Below, piece by piece: positions 26,393 through 39,278 of a stretch of DNA of 64,000 nucleotides. Numbering within the stretch: position 1 is the first letter of the stretch; each line of letters begins with the position of its first letter. Below the pieces are notes generated by a model, which did not search any database, was not told where the DNA came from, and worked only from the letters and a program-made list of their open reading frames with translations. A program made the position numbers and the translations under genes. Location of the stretch: the NCBI GenBank assembly GCA_964016885.1, contig OZ024750.1:31372001-31436000 (forward strand). Reading direction: 5' to 3'. Origin of the DNA: Eledone cirrhosa (Eukaryota).

Positions 26393-27111
26393 GCTATCAC
26401 TTAAGTAATGATATAATACAGAGGTTCTCAACCCATTTTGGCCAAACTTTCGCCCCTCGAAATCACGAAACGCCCCCCCCCCCCCCCTACCCTTTTTTCC
26501 ATTTTTCAATATACTACTGATTTTGATATCAGTAGATTACTGGGCCAAATCAAGTTATCTTAGATTCTTTAAAATGTACTCATACGAATTAAATAGAAAA
26601 AAGTTTCAGTCCAAAACAAAAGCAAGCTATTTCAAATTATATATTTTTGAAATAAAAAAAAAACATTTGATCTCAGTCGATAAAGATTTTTTTTTTTAAA
26701 TTCTATATTTCCCTGTTAGCTGTTGTAATATTTTGAGTGGATAGACAACGGAAACTGCAAAGTCAAAATACAAAAGATGCAAAATATGAAGAATTTCTTA
26801 CCTTTCTCTGAAATCACAAACTCATGGGAAAAAATAGTACATTGCAAAATAATATACCTCGTAGCAAAATAAGTAGTAAGGAAAGGAATGAATTGAGAAG
26901 CTTGGTAACTGAGAAAGCAATCATTTTATCCCTTATATATAAACATAGATAGACACACACGCACACACACACACACATATATATATATATACATACACAC
27001 ACACAAACTTGTGTGTGTGCGTGCCTTGGTACAGAAATAATTTTGTCTACAGTTTTTTATTACCAGGTCAAAGGCCACAGCTCTTTTCAGCAACGCCAAA
27101 TAACAACGCTC

Positions 27112-27170
<59 letters not shown>

Positions 27171-27308
27171 GAAGAGAGAAAGCGGGAGGGACAGAGAGAG
27201 TAAGAAATGTGTGTGTGTTTGGTACACGTCTATCTATCTATCTATCTATCTAATAAATAAATAAATAAATAAATAAATAAATATATCTATCTATCTATTT
27301 ATCTCCAA

Positions 27309-27658
27309 CAGGGGGCTCACACATGCGGCCCGCGAACTACTTATCTGTGGCCCGTGGTAGAACCAATATTTCATATCGCATTATAACTGGTGAAAATAAG
27401 GCCGTGGAATCGTTAGCACATTTGGCGAAATACGTAACGGTACTTCTTCCGTTTTTACGTTCTGAGTTCAAATTCCGCCGATCTCAACTTTGCCTTACAT
27501 CCTTTTGGGGTCGATGAATTAAGTACCAGTTGTGTACTATGATCAATACAATCGACTGATCCCTAAACCCCAAATTTCACCCACCACCACGTTTGGCCCA
27601 CTGTGCCTCTCCTCCAGGACGTAATAGCCCTTTTGTGTCCTTGAGTTTGAGACACCTT
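27309..27658. mobile_element. hAT (Charlie-like) MITE with a nested SINE at 27397-27580
   Basis: caggggg..cacatgcggcccgcg start and gagtttgagacacc end. Confidence 0.55.
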
Positions 27659-27659
27659 T

Positions 27660-27702
<43 letters not shown>

Positions 27703-27929
27703 TTTACTTTTTTTCTGTCTCTGATGCTGGAGCATCACCTTGGTAAGTTATGGGGACGTCAACAAACCAACAAGCATTGGTGGGAGGGCAAACACAAACG
27801 CAAAGAAACACACAAAGACATATATACATATATACGACGGGCTTCTTTTAGTTTCGATCTATCAAATCCACTCACAGTGGGACTGAACCCGGAAATATGT
27901 GGTTGGGAAACAAGCTTCTTGTCACACTG

Positions 27930-27986
<57 letters not shown>

Positions 27987-28153
27987 CCTTACACACTTAA
28001 ATATAAATGCATGTATATATATACAAATGTATAAATGCATAGCTATATACATACGTAAATGTATGTATCTATATATGTATGTAGATTTATATATATGTAG
28101 TAGGTTTATATGTATATATATATACATATATATAAATATATGTATGTATGTAG

Positions 28154-28189
<36 letters not shown>

Positions 28190-28258
28190 TATGAAGAGAG
28201 AAGAAACATTTAGATATAATTAGTAATAAAATGTATCATACCTAAACTGTTCCTAAAT

Positions 28259-28346
28259 TCCTCGACTACGTAGTTTCGTGGCATAAACAAAAACAATATA
28301 TCAAAGATATAGAGTCCTTGCGAGGTCTGCCGACTTATCAAGAGGA
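28259..28346 (-). ncRNA. Type I hammerhead ribozyme (U3:A8 variant), copy in 592-nt unit
   Basis: Same motif, exactly 592 nt from the 28851 copy. Confidence 0.87.
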
Positions 28347-28850
28347 TACCTCATTTGACTAGTCTCAAGAACGCGTCTACACGACGTGAGAAAGAATCCC
28401 AAAAGGCGGAGGGGGAGATAGTCACGCGATATAACGGTCGAGAAACAGAGCTAAGCCTCTTATAACCACGAAGAAAATACCACGGAGGCGGAGGGGGTAT
28501 TCATATCGAGGCCGTAGAAGAGGTAGTGAAGAAGGCGAGAAGTATGAGTAATGGAAGCTTTCCAGTTGTCCCCACACTTCAAAGATTGCTCGACCAGAGG
28601 GAGTTATTAATATATTTAGAAACACACAGATACATGCGGACACTCACATATATACATGAATGCATCCGCACCCAACTGTGAGTTAAGGGTGCCAACTTCA
28701 CCGATGTTGCTCAATGAATGACTGGGACAGACACAATTCAGTTTGAACCAGACTGAACCAGTATCAGAGTTAAAAATACATTATGAAGAGAGAAGAAACA
28801 TTTAGATATAATTAGTAATAAAATGTATCATACCTAAACTGTTCCTAAAT

Positions 28851-28938
28851 TCCTCGACTACGTAGTTTCGTGGCATAAACAAAAACAATATATCAAAGAT
28901 ATAGAGTCCTTGCGAGGTCTGCCGACTTATCAAGAGGA
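28851..28938 (-). ncRNA. Type I hammerhead ribozyme (U3:A8 variant), copy in 592-nt unit
   Basis: Reverse complement of 29982-30069. Confidence 0.87.
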
Positions 28939-29981
28939 TACCTCATTTGACTAGTCTCAAGAACGCGTCTACACGACGTGAGAAAGAATCCCAAAAGGCG
29001 GAGGGGGAGATAGTCACGCGATATAACGGTCGAGAAACAGAGCTAAGCCTCTTATAACCACGAAGAAAATACCACGGAGGCGGAGGGGGTATTCATATCG
29101 AGGCCGTAGAAGAGGTAGTGAAGAAGGCGAGAAGTATGAGTAATGGAAGCTTTCCAGTTGTCCCCACACTTCAAAGATTGCTCGACCAGAGGGAGTTATT
29201 AATATATTTAGAAACACACAGATACATGCGGACACTCACATATATACATGAATGCATCCGCACCCAACTGTGAGTTAAGGGTGCCAACTTCACCGATGTT
29301 GCTCAATGAATGACTGGGACAGACACAATTCAGTTTGAACCAGACTGAACCAGTATCAGAGTTAAAAATACATTATGAAGAGAGAAGAAACATTTAGATA
29401 AGTCGGCAGACCTCGCAAGGACTCTATATCTTTGATATATTGTTTTTGTTTATGCCACGAAACTACGTAGTCGAGGAATTTAGGAACAGTTTAGGTATGA
29501 TACATTTTATTACTAATTATATCTAAATGTTTCTTCTCTCTTCATAATGTATTTTTAACTCTGATACTGGTTCAGTCTGGTTCAAACTGAATTGTGTCTG
29601 TCCCAGTCATTCATTGAGCAACATCGGTGAAGTTGGCACCCTTAACTCACAGTTGGGTGCGGATGCATTCATGTATATATGTGAGTGTCCGCATGTATCT
29701 GTGTGTTTCTAAATATATTAATAACTCCCTCTGGTCGAGCAATCTTTGAAGTGTGGGGACAACTGGAAAGCTTCCATTACTCATACTTCTCGCCTTCTTC
29801 ACTACCTCTTCTACGGCCTCGATATGAATACCCCCTCCGCCTCCGTGGTATTTTCTTCGTGGTTATAAGAGGCTTAGCTCTGTTTCTCGACCGTTATATC
29901 GCGTGACTATCTCCCCCTCCGCCTTTTGGGATTCTTTCTCACGTCGTGTAGACGCGTTCTTGAGACTAGTCAAATGAGGTA

Positions 29982-30069
29982 TCCTCTTGATAAGTCGGCA
30001 GACCTCGCAAGGACTCTATATCTTTGATATATTGTTTTTGTTTATGCCACGAAACTACGTAGTCGAGGA
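29982..30069 (+). ncRNA. Type I hammerhead ribozyme (U3:A8 core variant) in 592-nt repeat unit
   Basis: TCCTC-TTGATAA-GT(C)GGCA...TGCCAC-GAAA-CTACGTA-GTC-GAGGA. Stem I is TCCTC/GAGGA, stem II has a long insertion, stem III is the palindrome ACTACGTAGT, and the GUC cleavage triplet is at 30062-30064. Confidence 0.87.
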
Positions 30070-30301
30070 ATTTAGGAACAGTTTAGGTATGATACATTTT
30101 ATTACTAATTATATCTAAATGTTTCTTCTCTCTTCATAATGTATTTTTAACTCTGATACTGGTTCAGTCTGGTTCAAACTGAATTGTGTCTGTCCCAGTC
30201 ATTCATTGAGCAACATCGGTGAAGTTGGCACCCTTAACTCACAGTTGGGTGCGGATGCATTCATGTATATATGTGAGTGTCCGCATGTATCTGTGTGTTT
30301 C

Positions 30302-30355
<54 letters not shown>

Positions 30356-31048
30356 TATTTATATATATATGTATGTAGTTTATATATATATATATTTATA
30401 TAAATCTACATACATACATATATACATACATACATATATACATACATATATACATACATTTACGTATGTATATAGCTTTGCATTTATACATTTGTATATA
30501 TACATGCATTTATATTTAAGTGTGTAAGGATGTGGATATGATCTATGTCTTCTTTTATGGAAAGGAGAACATTTTTGTCGCCAGATGTTATTACCTAGGG
30601 AGATTAAATACCACACTTCTGGCTGAAAGCTGACCAGGTCCTCAACTTCATCAAACCACTAACGCCGGCCTGTTCGTGTATACATATGTATGTGTGTGTA
30701 TGTATGTGTATATATGTGTGTGTATATGTATGCATGTATGTGTGTCTATGTTCACCACCATTGTTTACACTTGTCATTTCTTTTGAATTAGCCCTTACTT
30801 CCATTCTCCTTGATTTCTTTTGATTTTCTTTTATCTCCCTAGGGAATTCGTTGATAAGCTTCTTTATTTATTTTCTTTGTTTTCTTCATTCGAACCACTG
30901 ACTGTCTAAATACAAATATGACTTATAAAACTTACCAAACTAAAAGTTTCAAACGCCTCCTTACAGCATGACGCCCCCCTAACGACCCCTTACTGGATGC
31001 GCCCCTCTGGGGCTGACGCCCCCAGTTGAGAACCTTTTAATATAATAT

Positions 31049-31512
31049 AATTGTTTCTACGTTTGGCACGAGGCCACCGCTTATCCAGTGTATTACTAGT
31101 ACTTTATTTTATCGAACCCGTTAAGGATGAAAGGCAAAGTTAACCTCGGCGGGATTTGAACTCAGAATGGAAAGGGCCGTAACTCAATGCGTCAAAGCAT
31201 GGCGTCCGACTCTCTACCGATACTGCCAATCGAAATGATATAATATAATGGTTTCTTATCTAGGCATAAGGCCAACAATTTTAGGGGAGACGAAAGATGA
31301 TTAAATCGAGCGTAAATGGCCGTAACTATATACCGCGTAGTATCGTGCCTGACGCTCTACCAATACTGTCCATCGACCGCACTAATGGATATAATGGTTT
31401 CTTATATCAGCAATTTTTGGGGAAGGGAAAGTCGGTTAAATCGACTCCATTGCGTGACTGGTACTTTATTTTATCGACTCCGGAAGGATGAAAGGCAAAG
31501 TTAACCTCGGCG
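31049..31512 (-). mobile_element. Cluster of three OK-like SINE copies or fragments
   Basis: Repeated aaggatgaaaggcaaagttaacctcggcg. Confidence 0.8.
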
Positions 31513-32399
31513 CGCTGATGGATATAACGTAATAGCCAGCTTCCTATGGTGTATATCGAAAGATGTTCTTACTTTGTATCTATCAAAATAATTTCGTATC
31601 AGATGCTGTTTTAAACTATTTATTATTCCCGGTATATTTCGCTTAGATGTAGCGACGCGTAAATAATTATTTTAAACTGTTAATCAATTTATTATGTTAG
31701 AATGTTATTCCCAACACTATGTGGAGCACATAATTATTGTAAATAATATTGTAATAGCAAAAAATATATTCTGAGTAACAGATCCTTCACCCTAGCTTGT
31801 AATCTCTTGTTTCGGTGGCAAATGGAACTCAGGATTGCAAGGTAAATAATCACTCATTAAATTCATTATGTGGCATCATTCCTTGCTCATATCTGTTAAA
31901 TATATATCAAAAAATATAACGACCACTTAACTCCTCATAGCTTATCTTGACACGGCCTCTCCTGATCATTTTGAGCTCATCCCTCAACAGGTCTGAAAGC
32001 AGCCAATTTATTCCAGAGAGAGAGAAGGAGAGGGGATAGAGAAATGGGGTGGAGAAGAAGATGCAAGAGAGAAAGAGAGAGACGGTACTTGATTGGTACT
32101 TTATTTATCGACCTCGAACGGTGCAAAATTAAAGTTGATCTCAGCGGGATTTGAACTCAGAGTGCAGTGAGGCGGAATATATACTCTGGAATTTTAAAAA
32201 CCTGACGCTCAAAACAGGCGACTCACAGAGCGGACAGGACCGCGCCAGCACTAATTCTGTATTCGTGCCAAACCCGCGTCATAAATCTTGGGTAATTACC
32301 GAAAGAATTACGATCGTGAATGTAAGCGGCCGAAATAAGGCTCCTCCGAAGTGTCAGTCGAGTAACGTTACTCCATAGAGCTCGGAGCTCGGAGATGAG

Positions 32400-32720
32400 C
32401 GAGTCGCTCCAGATAGAGCCGATACTTTTCCGAATTGAGTGTTCAATCCGATACTACGGACATGTCTCGGAATGTTTAAGCAAGAAAACACTGTATCGAT
32501 ATTACGGACAAAACCAACCGACAGGAGAATCAAAGTGAGATGATTGTGTAACATCCTTAAGCTCGGTTGGTCTCTCTTGGGGATCCAGCCGGATCAATTG
32601 GGAACAGTTGCTTTTGACAGTATCCGCTGGAAGGCTTGTTTGAAGACACAGCCACCATGACCTTGTCAGGAATAAGTGCGCGAAGATGAAGAAGGAGAAA
32701 AAGGCGTCGCCGCTGCCGCC
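32400..32720 (+). mobile_element. Decayed RTE-type LINE C-terminal fragment
   Basis: GHVxRM-like ggacatgtctcggaatg, YG, and GI..LGTVAFDSIRWK (AxDRxxW motif). Confidence 0.5.
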
Positions 32721-33071
32721 CCAAACAATCTGGCAATTCACTGTCTTCCGTTAAATATATCACTTGTATATTATGATTCAATCTTATATTACTTGGCCAC
32801 CAATGCAAAGGTAGAAACTATGGACATCACGGCAAGTAATTGTCTGCCATTAACTCAACCACTTACAAATAATAAAATCTGAATAGTATTATTTCCCAAA
32901 AGAGTTTAAACATTATATGTAGAGACAATTCTAGTTTCAAATTTAGCTGAAGGTATTCATTTCATTTATGAACTAATATCATGTTTGTATTGTCTTCCTT
33001 CCCGAGGTAAAGGTCTCTATTGCTTTTATAAAAAGTCAAAAGAACCAAGTCTTTAATAACAGTGTTCCATA

Positions 33072-33107
<36 letters not shown>

Positions 33108-33136
33108 AAAATTAGAATTGGTGCTCTGAAATAGCG

Positions 33137-33470
33137 ATATATATTTGAATGTATATATAGTGTATTTTGCAATACACGGTATGCTTAATTAAAAGCATTT
33201 TGAAGACCTTACGCGATTGTTTTAAAGTACTGACTATGTCTCTTCTTTTTTCAACAAACAAAGGGAGATAAGCTGACAGATCTCTGTTTCATACTGTTGG
33301 TATTTCACCCCTTGTTTGTTGAAAATTATGAATATTGGATTCTTATAGAATTCCAGTAATAATCAGGAACTGATTATACAAAGCGGTTGCCGGTCCAGCA
33401 AAAATTGAAAATACTTTTAATTAAGCATACAGTGTATTGCAAAATACACTATATATACATTCATATATAT
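33137..33470. repeat. Nested inverted repeats with an HHR half-motif on the minus strand
   Basis: 33137-33200 pairs with 33408-33470 and 33248-33265 pairs with 33308-33324. Minus strand reads ATACcaacaGTAT-GAAA-CAGAgaTCT-GTC. Confidence 0.6.
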
Positions 33471-34489
33471 ATTTATTTAAAGTTACTATGTAGTCATTAT
33501 TTATTTCTTGGCTATGTTGTAAAATGTTTGTAGCAATAGATAAATTAGTTGATAAATCAATCAAGTTCTAATTAGTGGTATAGCTACAAAAACGATCACG
33601 TACGATGTTTCATAAACACTTCAAACACTGTACATATATTTCAAATAATAACCCATAATGGGCTGTTTTCTTTACAGTAGAATTCCGCTACTGATATTTA
33701 TTGTTGTAATATTTCTGTCACTGTAGAAGAACACCGACGAGGTGACATATTTAAATATTTAGTACTATTTTCATAGCTGTTTGGATAGTTGAATGACTAC
33801 AAGAAACGTTAAACTGACCGGATAAATTCCTCTATCCCTTAGTTACGAGCGTTCGAAGCCTGCCAGGATTCATTTCTCTTTCGAGCTCAACAAAATATGT
33901 ATTAATCATATGTATATTTTCTATTGAAATACAAATATAGAAAGAGCCTTGTGTAAATACCATTATTACGAAACTCTTCGTTGGAAAATCACAATACCTC
34001 TTTCATTTTAGTTTCATTTTAATAATATATACGGAACAAAAAAGTCTAACATGAGCAGGATCAGATAGTTAAATGTTGCGCTGTATTACAAGGATGTTTA
34101 TCAACTAAAATATACTAAAATAAGTCAAATGTACGTACAGCGATTGTTTTCATAGTCAACGAGCCCATAACTACTTTTACTATAGTTCATGATAAGCGTC
34201 TTCAAATTTCGCAGCTATACATACACATAGAGCCTTGATTGATAGAGATTGGTTTTGGAAGATTTTAATTTCAAATTTAGAGAGACAGCACTAACTATTG
34301 TAAAGGAGAAGCAAGTTTATTTATCACAGTTAATCTCGCAGGCTATATGGATAAAAGCCAAGACCAATCTGGCTGATTTCAAATTAAATGTTCGGATCAC
34401 ATTTGGCAATATCGCTTTAATCTAAATGCTATGAATTACGTTGCACTGTTATCAAATATCGATATCTAGACCTCTGTAATTATTGAATG

Positions 34490-34975
34490 TATAAATCTGT
34501 GTGTCACACAGAAAAGAGATACACACTAAATTTGTAATAAATCTGTGTGTAATAAATAGCGTGAATACACACTAATTTGTAATATATATGTGACTCAAGA
34601 AAGGAATACACACTGCATTTGTAATATATATGTCTCTCATAGAAAAGGAATATACACTAAATGTGTAATATGTCTGTGTGTGACACAGAAAACGAATACA
34701 CACTAAATTTGTAATATATATGTGTTTCAGAAAAGGAATATACACTAAATGTGTAATATGTCTGTGTGTGACACAGAAAACGAATACACACTAAATTTGT
34801 AATATATATGTGTTTCAGAAAAGGAATATACACTAAATTTGTAATATGTCTGTGTGTGACACAGAAAACGAATACACACTAAATTTGTAATATATTTGTG
34901 TTTCAGAAACGGAATATACACTAAATTTGTAATATGTCTGTGTGTGACACAGAAAACTAATACACACTAAATTTG
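34490..34975. repeat. Minisatellite, 42+46 = 88-bp dimeric unit
   Basis: cgaatacacac recurs at 34693, 34781 and 34869. Confidence 0.9.
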
Positions 34976-37127
34976 CTTTCACTACCAGTTATAGCAGGTC
35001 GAGCAACAACGTAGAGGCTTCCCTCTGTAAATTTGTTTTTAGCATGTGATATATTTGTATTGATTTGGCGTATAGACACAATATACGCAAAATGGTACTT
35101 GTAGAAATAATATTGCAACGGATTTATATAAGTTAGGGGTCGTAATATATTGAATAAAATCACATATTTTATGAAGAAAGGTAAAATTGATCTCGGAAGG
35201 ATTTGAAGTCTGGAGGTAAAGAACCTGTAAATATATATAATGAATATAACTAGAAAAAACTACACTGTGAAAAAACCTACTAATGAACGAGAAGCAATAT
35301 TATCATGTTGCAAACAGGTAGAATAGTTAATTCTATAAGTTTCGGCCACATTCTAACTTCCCTGTACTAACAAAAGAAACTATGAATGACCCCCCCCCCC
35401 CCCCCCACACACACACAACCTCCTGAATAACTTTACGAGATTATATATTTGTTGGAAATAGAATTGGTTAGACATTAAATAATTAAAAATACGATGGTAT
35501 CTATGAATTGTTCACTCTTTGAATATTTAATGTTTCCTGATGTAATACTATCTGGTGAAGAACTGCGGCATTTAATGCTTGATCGTGTGAGTTGGAAAAG
35601 TTTTATCATGTCCCCATAAAGAAGTTGATGAATTTAGTCGTAGTTAGTAGTAATGTTTATACTCTTAAGTAAACGCGGTGAAAAGTAGGAGGAACATAAT
35701 TGTTTTAGATTTAGATTATAAATGAAAGTCTCACTTACACAGATCATTAGTAGGTCAGTAATAGAATCTGGGGTTTTATAGTTCTTTTCCGTCGAAGGAA
35801 TATTATATAGCATTGATTAATTAGGTTGAAAGAAGGAAGATGTTTATAGACACTCTCATATGTACCTCTTAGTTAAACAATACAAATATACTGAATAATT
35901 TTATACAAGGTCTCATGTGATGTATTCATTCCTTAACGAAATGGAGTATGTGTGAAAGCCATGATATTTTCAAAGGATAAGGAATAATAAGTGAATAAAA
36001 AGAGGAAATAAAAAAGAAACAGGAATAAAAACAGGCCTCATTTAGTAGATTCAATCCTATTCTACATAAAAGACACGCACAAGTACCTACACACATACAT
36101 GCACATGCACACTCACATACATGCTAGTATTCACAAACTCCTGCACAACCCCATGCATACAAGCCTGTGAATATATACGAAAACACAAAACTATATCCTT
36201 AACATTCAACGTAAACAAATTTACTTTAGATTACTTTTACGTATTGTAATCATAAATAGAAAAATATAGCTTCTACATTCTTTGAAAACTTTTAACTAAC
36301 AATCTTCAGGTCATAAACAATAATTTCTTATTTAATTTCCGCACTCAATTTAGTTTTTCAAAATGTTTGACCCAACCCTTTTATTTATCGTTATAATTAA
36401 CATTCAATCCAATCATGATTGTAAAAAAGACTGTGTAATCACGTAGAAATTTATTTCAATATCTCGAGTGAGACGCAGCATAAATTAGCTGTTAAGTCGT
36501 GTCTGTCGAGCTGTTTGTAATCGAAATCAGTATAATTATGTTTTAAATCAAATGTAACTAATTTGAATTATTTGTGGTAGTATGATTATTTGCATCCAAT
36601 CTTTACATAATAAAGGTAATTAGATAATAATTTCAATAGGATAGCTTAGGTATGGAAGAATGAAAAATAGGACGATTGAAAGAAAGTAGAGAGAGAGAGA
36701 GAGAAAGAGAACGATTTGGAATAGAAATACTAACAAATATTGAATAAAGAAACAAAGGTGGAATGAATAGTACTTTTGATATTGATTTACTTTAATTAGG
36801 AACAAAATTAAGAAGAGTATAATTGATTGAATCAACACCAATATATTACTGCTACTTATCTGATGGAAATAATGTGGGAGTGGAGGCGGAATGCTGAACT
36901 GGTAACACGTCTATTGAATCACAGCTTAGAAATGCAAACATAGATGGTGTAAGGTATTTAGTTTTGAACGAAGTTCTTTCAAGCATTTAAAATCTTCTCC
37001 AACTAACAATATTTATGATAGTCCTAAGATTGTTTATAAAAGACGCCTCGTGTAAAATTTTGTCTTTCTTAATGTTACATATTTGTGCTTTAAATTGTTT
37101 TGTATATGTATATATCTATATATATAT

Positions 37128-37323
37128 ATCCGTATGTAGTTGTCGACCGAGAGAAAAGAGTTCACAAAACCGATGTGGTGTGTAAATATTCATTTTATTA
37201 AGACTAAATAGTGATTTTTGTTACTCACTATTTCGCACTCTTCTCACAGGTTCATCGGATGATCCTGTGAGAAGTAGGCGAAACTCCAGAATAACAAGAC
37301 TCACTATTTAGCCTTAATAAAAT
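37128..37323. repeat. Palindrome centred on a degenerate HHR core
   Basis: gATGA-tCCTGtgagaagTAGGc-GAAA-ctccaga-ata. Same family as 20985-21120. Confidence 0.65.
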
Positions 37324-37757
37324 CTATCTATCTATATATATTTATTTATTCACATACACACATATTTATCTATCTTTATATATAGTAAATGAGTGAAGAA
37401 TAGCATGGATAGGCTGTACAGTACGGTTTATTAAAAGTATTAACCAATGTTTCATTAGTGTGCTGTGTCTAAAATTCGCTGTTCCGAAAATACTACGCGT
37501 CACTCGATTTTTATTACAATTGATACTCGACCAAATCTTCAGAATACTGATCTGTGTACATGATACAGTGCGCTAGTATTTATAGATACATGAAAAATAA
37601 CAAGAATAAAAGCAATAATAATAATAAGAAGAAGGAAGGTGTAGTGAAGAGGGGGGTACTGGGATAAAGGCATGAAAACATAGTAATAATAACTTGAAAA
37701 AAATGTTATGAAAAGATGATACGATAAGGAAAATAATATAAAAAAGTGAAAGTAACT

Positions 37758-37875
37758 TGACAGTGTAATAAAATAGGATGAGATGAAACGAAAGGATAAT
37801 GGTGACAATGTAATAAGAAGGGATGAGATGAAACGAAAGGATAATGGTGACAGTGTAATAAAGTGGGGTGGGATG
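37758..37875. repeat. 45-bp tandem repeat (about 2.5 units)
   Basis: tgacagtgtaataaaataggatgagatgaaacgaaaggataatgg. Confidence 0.8.
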
Positions 37876-38211
37876 AATTAAAGAGATGAAGTAACAAAAT
37901 ATAAAATAAAAAGATAATGATAACAGATGGGTAATTAGGATTGGGGGTATTTTGAAAAGGGTAATCTTAATGAGTAGAGGTGAAGATTGATGGTGATGAT
38001 GACTATAGAGGGCGATTGGTGGTGAGTGTGAGGGGAAGGGATTGGAAGGGGTGTGTCTATAAAGAAAGAATACTTAATCGCTGGGGGAGTGTCGGTTGTT
38101 CTTGCGTCCGATTAGTCAAAAGTTTATTATTTTGCTTTCTATTGGTAGGTGGTGTAATTTATGAAGTGGCATAAAAAGCTTTCGCTCGTACGTGATTAAC
38201 CGTTAATATAT

Positions 38212-38398
38212 GGCGGTGGATTGGCAGTACCGGGAGAGGGTCGGACGCCATGCTTTCCAGCATAGTTACGTCCCTTTACGATCTGAGTTCAAATCCCGCC
38301 GAGGTTGACTTTGCCTTTTCATCCTTACGGGGTCGATAAAATAAAGTACCAGTAATGAACTGGGTAATTGCTGGCCTTGTGCCTAAAGTAGAAACAAA
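38212..38398 (+). mobile_element. Full-length OK-like SINE
   Basis: ggcggtggattggcag...aagtagaaacaa. Confidence 0.88.
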
Positions 38399-38429
38399 TA
38401 TATATGTATATATATATATATATATGTCT

Positions 38430-38488
38430 GTGTGTGTAAATCAGGATGGATTCAGTTTGAAACTGAATCCATCCTGATTTACACACAC
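38430..38488. repeat. Perfect palindrome
   Basis: gtgtgtgtaaatcaggatggattcagttt-g-aaactgaatccatcctgatttacacacac. Confidence 0.85.
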
Positions 38489-39278
38489 ACACACACAGAG
38501 TACTTGATACTTGGGGTACTACAGTATGAAACTATCTGTTGAAACAGCAAGAGCTCATATATACATATATGAGAGTGTTATAGTTTGCTCATATTGTTGT
38601 GGAAAGAGAAGAAAGCTGAGATTTAAAATTATATCTCAATACAGAGAGGTTATTTAATGTTGAAACTAACGATAACAGTTGTTAAAATTTTATCTTGGAA
38701 ATATTTAAGTATGACTTTTATATTTCCTATGAATGATTCCGCTTATGAAAAGAAACGTGAAAGAAACTATGTCGGAGCATGCGATCCTTATGCACTTCTC
38801 ATTCTGGCACTTTCAACTTTAAGCGTTGTGAAGGGGTCACGTGATCTGGAAGCATGTTGTTTCATATTTAATTTAATTTTTCTTGCTTTTCTCTTTAGTA
38901 GTAGTCGTAGTGTATTGGTGAAAATGTAACCTAAATATTGTAATCTATGAGTGGTATGGTTTAAAGAATGTGATGTGATGCGTGGTGAGACAGTGAGAGA
39001 ATGATAGAAGAATAGAGAAAGAGAGAAATCGGGAGGGGTTAATAATCTTTCTATAATAGCTTCTGGGCGTCCGTGGAAATACCTTCGCTATATGTTTGCG
39101 GGGACCCGTCAAATCATCACTCAAACTGGAGTGTAATGATCTGTCCATTCCTTTCTCCCTTTCTTTCGTTGTTTAATTCTCATTGTCTTCTTTCCCTTTC
39201 ACCTTTCATCACCAATGTCTCAATATGGTTTTCATTCATACCATTGAAATCACCACCGCCGTCTCCTTAATACAATTT

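Larger units (their letters stand above)
28186..30306. mobile_element. Retrozyme-like/PLE-derived array: about 2 units of 592 nt on the minus strand, then about 1.5 units on the plus strand
   Basis: The identical 73-aa ORF at 28422, 29014 and 29685 marks the 592-nt period and the strand switch near 29397-29401. There is one HHR per unit, and both ends run into (TA)n. Confidence 0.85.
26419..31039. mobile_element. Possible non-autonomous hAT element enclosing nested insertions
   Basis: CAGAGGTTCTCAAC and GTTGAGAACCtttta ends, subterminal CGCCCC repeats at both ends, and a candidate 8-bp TSD atataata (26411 and 31040). Confidence 0.5.

Noticed and set aside
28422-29906. 73-aa ORF present three times
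   Set aside because: It has a GTG start and no recognisable motif, and it recurs only because the 592-nt unit is repeated. A small peptide cannot be fully excluded.
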